From the NCBI RefSeq assembly GCF_058153355.1, contig NZ_CM177019.1: a DNA stretch of 64,000 bases; one strand, given 5' to 3'. Positions 59,476 to 64,000 of this stretch are shown in pieces. The translations under genes and the position numbers were made by a program. The notes beneath the pieces were generated by a model, which did not search any database, was not told the DNA's origin, and saw only the letters and a list, made by a program, of their open reading frames with translations. Each line of letters begins with the position of its first letter. The stretch's first letter is position 1.

Positions 59476-59656
59476 CCAATTATATTAAATAATTCCTATG
59501 AGGTTATCTGTGATAGGCCTCCATGTCTGTATTTCCTACTTATGTAGGAAATTCTGCACAAAACATTTATTATAATCCTATTCAATAATGACAATGATGT
59601 CATTATTATATTTCAACACTAGAGAGTGTCGTTGGTGTTTAATGGGGGAAGGTGAG

Positions 59657-59974
59657 ATGAAAAAGACAGTTGCTATATCATTAATTAGTGTTTTTCTTAT
59701 GTCTGGTTGTGCTGTGCATAATGATGAGACAAGTATCGGTAAATTCGGTCTTGCCTATAAAAGTAATATCCAGCGTAAACTCGATAACCAATACTACACT
59801 GAAGCCGAAGCATCTTTAGCCAGGGGCAGAATATCTGGTGCGGAAAATATAGTGAAAAATGATGCAGCTAATTTCTGTGTTACTCAGGGCAAAAAAATGC
59901 AGATAGTTAACCTGAAGACTGAAGGGGCAGGATTACATGGCGTCGCGCGTCTGACATTCAAATGTGGAGAGTGA
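59657..59974 (+). CDS. yegR: lipoprotein YegR, 105 aa
   Basis: The ATG at 59657 follows GGAAGGTGAG. MKKTVAISLISVFLMSGCAVHND carries a lipobox (MSGC). The track ORF is 5'-extended. Confidence 0.75.
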   Translation: MKKTVAISLISVFLMSGCAVHNDETSIGKFGLAYKSNIQRKLDNQYYTEAEASLARGRISGAENIVKNDAANFCVTQGKKMQIVNLKTEGAGLHGVARLTFKCGE

Positions 59975-60322
59975 GAATAGATTCAAGACTACCATGGACA
60001 CATCCATTTTTATCTCTGATAAGGTATTCTTCAACACCATTATTGAATGTGAGTAATAATGACAAGCAGATAGATGAAACTACAGCAGAATTTTTATTTT
60101 ATGCGGCTATCAGAAAATGATGGCATAAATATTCCTATGCTTTAGCTTCATTTTTTGTAAGCGTCAAACATGCGCGTTCTGGCTGTGCGTAGCCGGACCC
60201 TGTGCGAGCACGATGCCGTTAAGTGAAAGGCATCGTGCTATGAAGGGGAATTCTATCGATATGGTCAATGGAAGGAGGTAACCAGGTATGAATCCTTCCT
60301 TCTGTTTCATTGAATTACGCAT

Positions 60323-60349
60323 AAAAAATAAGCCCGTGTAAGGGAGATT
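60323..60349. other. P2 attachment-site core (prophage/host junction on the int side)
   Basis: aaaaaataagcccgtgtaagggagatt is the 27-nt P2 att core as I remember it. It lies 80 nt from the int stop. Confidence 0.8.
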
Positions 60350-60428
60350 TAGGGTGTCACCAGTAGGGGCTTTCAACGGTACAATGCGGGTTTGAGCGGC
60401 ATAAATTACCACTGAAAGCCCTTAAACG

Positions 60429-61442
60429 TTACTCTACTGTGGACACTGTGTGGACACTCTCGGCCTCAGTACCACCTCTTAGCGGATTAAGAGAAATGGC
60501 GTCCTGAAGGTACTCTGGCGCAAAGTGAGCGTAAACCATAGTTTGCTCAATCCGCGTGTGACCTAGTATCCGTTGTAGCGTGATAATACTTCCTCCATTA
60601 ATCATGAAATGAGTGGCAAAGCTGTGCCTTAGTGCATGTGTGGCTTGCCCCATTGGCAAATCCGGTTTTATTGCTTTCATTGTTCGTCTGAAGCGAGGGT
60701 AATCAGCATCAGGGAATAAAAAACCTCGTTTGTTATCCGCGATCATTTTGGCAACAGCCTCTGAGATCGGGACGGTGCGTGGTTTGTTTGTTTTCGTTTT
60801 AACAAACGTGACGCGGTTATGGATGATATTTTCTGCTTTCAAACGAGCTGCTTCTCCCCAACGTGCTCCAGTACTCAGGCAAAGAATCGCAATCTTTTTA
60901 TTGTCGCCGTCAAGAGCAGCAAGCAGTAAGGCAATTTCTTCCTGCGTGAGATAGCCTGTGTCTGGTTTTTCCTCCTTAAGCCTTTTTGTCCCTCTGATAG
61001 GGTGCTCACCAAAGAATAACTCCGCTTCAATCAGGGCTGTAAACATGCCGCTAATACATGTTAAATCACGATTGATACTCGAAGGTTTAATACCCTGACT
61101 TCTTCGGGTGGCGCAGTACTGGCTGATAAGCGATTTCGTAATTTGAAATGCGCATGGGTCATTCGTTATTTTTGTGAAGATTTCAATTTTTCCAAGATTA
61201 GATTTCCCATGCTCTTCGTGTTTACCCTTTAAATCCCACCAGATCTGTGTCAGCTCCGACAGACGTCGCTTGTCTGTTGGTTTTGATAGCCATTCTTTAT
61301 TGTGGTGGTTGTACAACGTGTATTTCTCGAAAGCGACAGCTTCGCTTTTCTTATCAAACTTCCTACGGATGCGTTTTCCATTACGTCCAGTAGGGCGGAT
61401 GTCCACTTCATATCGACCATCATCGAGTTTTTTGATTGCCAT
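60429..61442 (-). CDS. int: P2 integrase (tyrosine recombinase)
   Basis: 337 aa beginning MAIKKLDDGRYEVDIRPTGRNGKR…. The catalytic residue contexts are TGARWGE, HALRHSF and MVYAHF. Confidence 0.95.
   Translation of the reverse strand: MAIKKLDDGRYEVDIRPTGRNGKRIRRKFDKKSEAVAFEKYTLYNHHNKEWLSKPTDKRRLSELTQIWWDLKGKHEEHGKSNLGKIEIFTKITNDPCAFQITKSLISQYCATRRSQGIKPSSINRDLTCISGMFTALIEAELFFGEHPIRGTKRLKEEKPDTGYLTQEEIALLLAALDGDNKKIAILCLSTGARWGEAARLKAENIIHNRVTFVKTKTNKPRTVPISEAVAKMIADNKRGFLFPDADYPRFRRTMKAIKPDLPMGQATHALRHSFATHFMINGGSIITLQRILGHTRIEQTMVYAHFAPEYLQDAISLNPLRGGTEAESVHTVSTVE
60438..60457. promoter_or_regulatory. tandem tgtggacac repeats, candidate Int arm-type binding sites
   Basis: tgtggacac occurs at 60438-60446 and 60449-60457 (11-bp phasing), inside the 3' end of int next to the att arm. 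Confidence 0.5.
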
Positions 61443-61557
61443 CAGAAAACCCTCCGAGTGGTGTGTTTTTTGGCGACTACTAATCGCTTTTTTCGTGGTG
61501 GCTGAAATTTAGCCACCAATAGTAGGCACTTGTGATGAATATATTCACGATGAATTG

Positions 61558-61857
61558 TTAACCAGTCTTTTGACCGGAGTGGGGCGACGTTGTTTCGTTT
61601 TGCCCAAAGTGTGCGAGAGCGGGCGCAATTTGCCCGGACTCAGGAGCGATCTGATTGGTCATGAACCATAAAGTGTATTTGGTGAATTGTGGGGTCTGCA
61701 GGATGTTCATCATGACATCTGTTGGAGGTGTTGAACGACCACTTTCATAGTAACTCAGCGTGCCATACGGAACCCCTGTTAAATCAGCAAGTTGTTGTCT
61801 GCTCAAATACTCTGATTTTCGCATTAAGACTATCTTCTCGCTTATCGTGTTTGACAT
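61558..61857 (-). CDS. C: P2 immunity repressor C
   Basis: 99 aa with an HTH (LSRQQLADLTGVPYGTLSYYESG). It is divergent from cox. Confidence 0.92.
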   Translation of the reverse strand: MSNTISEKIVLMRKSEYLSRQQLADLTGVPYGTLSYYESGRSTPPTDVMMNILQTPQFTKYTLWFMTNQIAPESGQIAPALAHFGQNETTSPHSGQKTG

Positions 61858-61860
61858 GGT

Positions 61861-61890
61861 GTTTAGATCTCAATAGTATTTAGTTTAGAT
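61861..61890. promoter_or_regulatory. C-repressor operator half-sites (direct repeats gtttagat, 22 bp apart) in the Pe/Pc switch region
   Basis: gtttagat occurs at 61861-61868 and 61883-61890, between C and cox. I recall P2 C binding direct repeats that flank the Pe -10 region. Confidence 0.6.
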
Positions 61891-61971
61891 GTAGATTGTT
61901 TAGTGCTTGGATGTGGGCACTAAAAGGCATTATAAGGCATTAAACGCAATTCATGAGGGCTGGAGGACGAC

Positions 61972-62247
61972 ATGAGCAAGCAAGTAACACTCATGACTGA
62001 TGCGATTCCTTATCAGGAGTTCGCAAAACTAATAGGAAAATCGACAGGAGCGGTTCGTCGGATGATCGATAAAGGAAAGCTGCCTGTAATTGATATGACC
62101 GATCCACAATCAGCTTCAGGTCGTGCAGGTGAATATTGGGTATACCTTCCGGCATGGAATAACGGACTAAAACTGGCTTATGAAAGCCGCCCTAAAGAGA
62201 TTCGTGACGGCTGGTTGATGTGGTTAGGTCTCGGTGAACCACGTTAA
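61972..62247 (+). CDS. cox: P2 Cox (excisionase / Pc repressor)
   Basis: 91 aa beginning MSKQVTLMTDAIPYQEFAKLIGKSTGAVRRMIDKGKLPV…. Confidence 0.92.
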   Translation: MSKQVTLMTDAIPYQEFAKLIGKSTGAVRRMIDKGKLPVIDMTDPQSASGRAGEYWVYLPAWNNGLKLAYESRPKEIRDGWLMWLGLGEPR

Positions 62248-62257
62248 GGAGAACCGT

Positions 62258-62428
62258 ATGAATGAGCCTCGTTGTATTGCTCAGTTACTGCGTAACGAAA
62301 GCCCCAGGGCGATTGACTTCAACATCACCCACGGTAAGGGGCGTAAGGGAATCATTATCCGCACCAAAAAACAGAGTCCGTTAAAAAAGGCTCTGACCTT
62401 TCTGAAAAGCCGGAGGGTATGGAAATGA
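62258..62428 (+). CDS. P2 orf78-like small protein
   Basis: The ATG at 62258 follows AAGGAG (MNEPRCIAQLLRNESPRAIDF…). Confidence 0.7.
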   Translation: MNEPRCIAQLLRNESPRAIDFNITHGKGRKGIIIRTKKQSPLKKALTFLKSRRVWK

Positions 62429-62925
62429 CAGTGATGACGCTCAATCTCGTTGAAAAACAGCCAGCAACTATGCGCCGGATAATTGGTAAGCATCTGGCCG
62501 TCCCTCGCTGGCAGGAGACATGCGATTATTATAATCAGATGATGGAACGTGAACGGCTAACGGTTTGCTTCCATGCGCAGTTAAAACAGCGTCACGCAAC
62601 GATGCGTTTTGAAGAAATGAACGACGTCGAACGTGAACGACTGGTATGTGCAATTGATGAATTGCGTGGGGCATTCTCAAAACGCCGTCAGGTTGGCGCA
62701 AGTGAGTATGCATATATTAGTTTTTTAACAGTCAGTCAGCGTCGCACTTTATTTATGCACGCACGACTGACAGAAAAAGAATTTAACCAGCCATACTGGC
62801 GAATTAATGAAGAATCATGTTACTGGCGTGATGCTTTATTCCGTGCATTACGTGAATTATTCAGTCTGTTTGAGTATGCACCGACAATTCTGACGTCGGT
62901 AAAACCAGAGCAATATCTGCATTAA
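62419..62925 (+). CDS. B: P2 gpB (replication, helicase-loader-like)
   Basis: The protein begins MEMTVMTLNLVEKQPATMRRIIGKHLAVPRW…. An alternative ATG lies at 62425. Confidence 0.88.
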   Translation: MEMTVMTLNLVEKQPATMRRIIGKHLAVPRWQETCDYYNQMMERERLTVCFHAQLKQRHATMRFEEMNDVERERLVCAIDELRGAFSKRRQVGASEYAYISFLTVSQRRTLFMHARLTEKEFNQPYWRINEESCYWRDALFRALRELFSLFEYAPTILTSVKPEQYLH

Positions 62926-62988
62926 GTAATTAACCAGAGTTTTTAACGCACTTAATTGTGCGGGGCTTCTTTTTGCCTGGAGAAAGTC

Positions 62989-63213
62989 ATGCATACAGTT
63001 TCTGAAAATCAGTGCGGTATATACGCATTACTGCTGCAACAGGCCAGAACCGAAGCACAGGCTGACGCTGCGACGCGCTTTTCTTCTCATCTTGACGCCA
63101 TGATTCGCCACATCACAAAGGCGGAGTTATCCCGCGTGGAGATAGTCGAGCTGCTCAGTCAGGAGTCGGAAAAATTTCACAATATCGGATTGTCTCGTGG
63201 GGAGGTGCTTTGA
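62989..63213 (+). CDS. P2 orf80-like protein
   Basis: The ATG at 62989 follows GGAGAAAG ([18 protein letters not shown]…). Confidence 0.7.
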
Positions 63214-63515
63214 TGTCCTGTTCTCATTCAGTTGTATTACTGAATAACGCCTTAAAAATCGCCGTTATGGAAAATGGCGATTTGTCTCTTATTCAACTTG
63301 GTCTTGATAAAGAAAAGCGCGACATAACTGAATCTGTTATCGCGATTTATCAGAGCGAATTAAACCTCCTGTCTGATGTGATCAATTTACTTGTGAAACG
63401 CGCTGTATTTCACAAGCAAATTTCCTCAGTGGATGAACTGACAAAATTAACGACAGAACTCGCCAGCTATTGCGCTGATGAATTTAAGAAACTGAACGAC
63501 AAAAGGAACTGGTAA
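63210..63515 (+). CDS. P2 orf81-like protein
   Basis: 101 aa, with a 4-nt overlap with orf80. Confidence 0.7.
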
Positions 63516-63739
63516 TGCCGGACAACGTAGATTTCATTCAGGAACAACAGGCTGAATTACTGGAGCGCCAGATTAACGCGGCAAGGGTAAAACATTGCGG
63601 TGCTTCTGCGCTGGTTTGCGAAGAGTGTGACGCGCCAATACCTGCTGCCCGTCGTGCGGCTTATCCGTCAGCCACGCGTTGTGTTTCCTGTCAGTCAGTC
63701 TTTGAAGCAAAAAACAAACATTACCGGAGAACGGCATGA
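63515..63739 (+). CDS. P2 orf82-like DksA/TraR-type C4 zinc-finger protein
   Basis: 74 aa with CEECDAPI…CVSCQ (CxxC-N17-CxxC). Confidence 0.8.
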   Translation: MPDNVDFIQEQQAELLERQINAARVKHCGASALVCEECDAPIPAARRAAYPSATRCVSCQSVFEAKNKHYRRTA

Positions 63740-64000
63740 GTATTCGTATTGAAATTGGCGAACGTTATGTCGTTACCAGTGACAGCTTCCAGTTTATTCT
63801 CCACGAGAAAAAGAGAGCGGAAAGCGGTAAAAACGCCGGTCAGGAATGGCTGGCGGTGGTTGGTTATTACCCGAAATTAAGCCAGCTCGTTTCCGGCCTG
63901 ATGCATCACGATATTCTGACCGGAAGCGCAAAGTCTTTTGCTGATTTAAACGCGCAGGTTGAGCAACTCAGCAAGCGTTGTTCAGAGGCTTTTGGCTCAT
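63736..64000 (+). CDS. P2 orf83-like protein, 3' end off-window
   Basis: Manual translation gives MSIRIEIGERYVVTSDSFQFILHEKKRAESGKNAGQEW…. There is an ATGA overlap with orf82, and the frame is open to the window edge. Confidence 0.7.
   Translation, partial: MSIRIEIGERYVVTSDSFQFILHEKKRAESGKNAGQEWLAVVGYYPKLSQLVSGLMHHDILTGSAKSFADLNAQVEQLSKRCSEAFGS

Larger units (their letters stand above)
60323..64000. mobile_element. P2-type prophage, int-proximal end (continues beyond the window)
   Basis: Gene order is att - int - C - (Pc/Pe) - cox - orf78 - B - orf80 - orf81 - orf82 - orf83. All the proteins are recognised as phage P2 early-region products. Confidence 0.92.

Noticed and set aside
60164-60412. 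82-aa minus-strand ORF
   Set aside because: It spans the host/prophage junction, including the att core, so it would be a chimera of host and phage DNA. It has no RBS.

Overview
This window is an Escherichia coli chromosomal segment. It is syntenic with, and inverted relative to, the K-12 bglX -> yegS region as I recall that map. No database search was possible, so gene names rest on recognising the translated sequences and on synteny. Reading left to right: bglX (3' part), osmF-yehYXW (osmoprotectant ABC transporter), yohO, mlrA, btsSR (yehUT), yehS, yehR. Next comes the uncharacterised yehQ-P-M-L operon (SWIM / VWA / large helical protein / MoxR AAA+), a zorO-orzO-like type I toxin-antitoxin locus, yehK, and three tandem ~1,200-aa MolR/YehI-family paralogs. 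These are followed by metG, mrp(apbC), the yehE and yehDCBA chaperone-usher fimbrial genes, rcnB-rcnA / rcnR, and a ~2.3 kb AT-rich islet. Then come the thiM TPP riboswitch with thiMD, yegX, yegW, yegVUT, fbaB, and the gatYZABCD-gatR galactitol operon, which here carries an in-frame amber codon in gatC and an IS4 insertion in gatD. The window ends with yegS, a degenerate P2-family att/int remnant, yegR, and the int-proximal end of a P2-type prophage (att core, int, C, cox, orf78, B, orf80-83) that runs off the window. REP/BIME clusters, several hairpin terminators and RcnR operators are visible. I saw no rRNA, tRNA or CRISPR array. The best candidate for an undescribed system is the same-strand block 10315-29023: three WGR/DUF4132-type giant paralogs, yehK, and a translationally coupled MoxR-AAA+/VWA/double-SWIM/large-helical module. 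Every member has recognisable domains, but none has an assigned function.
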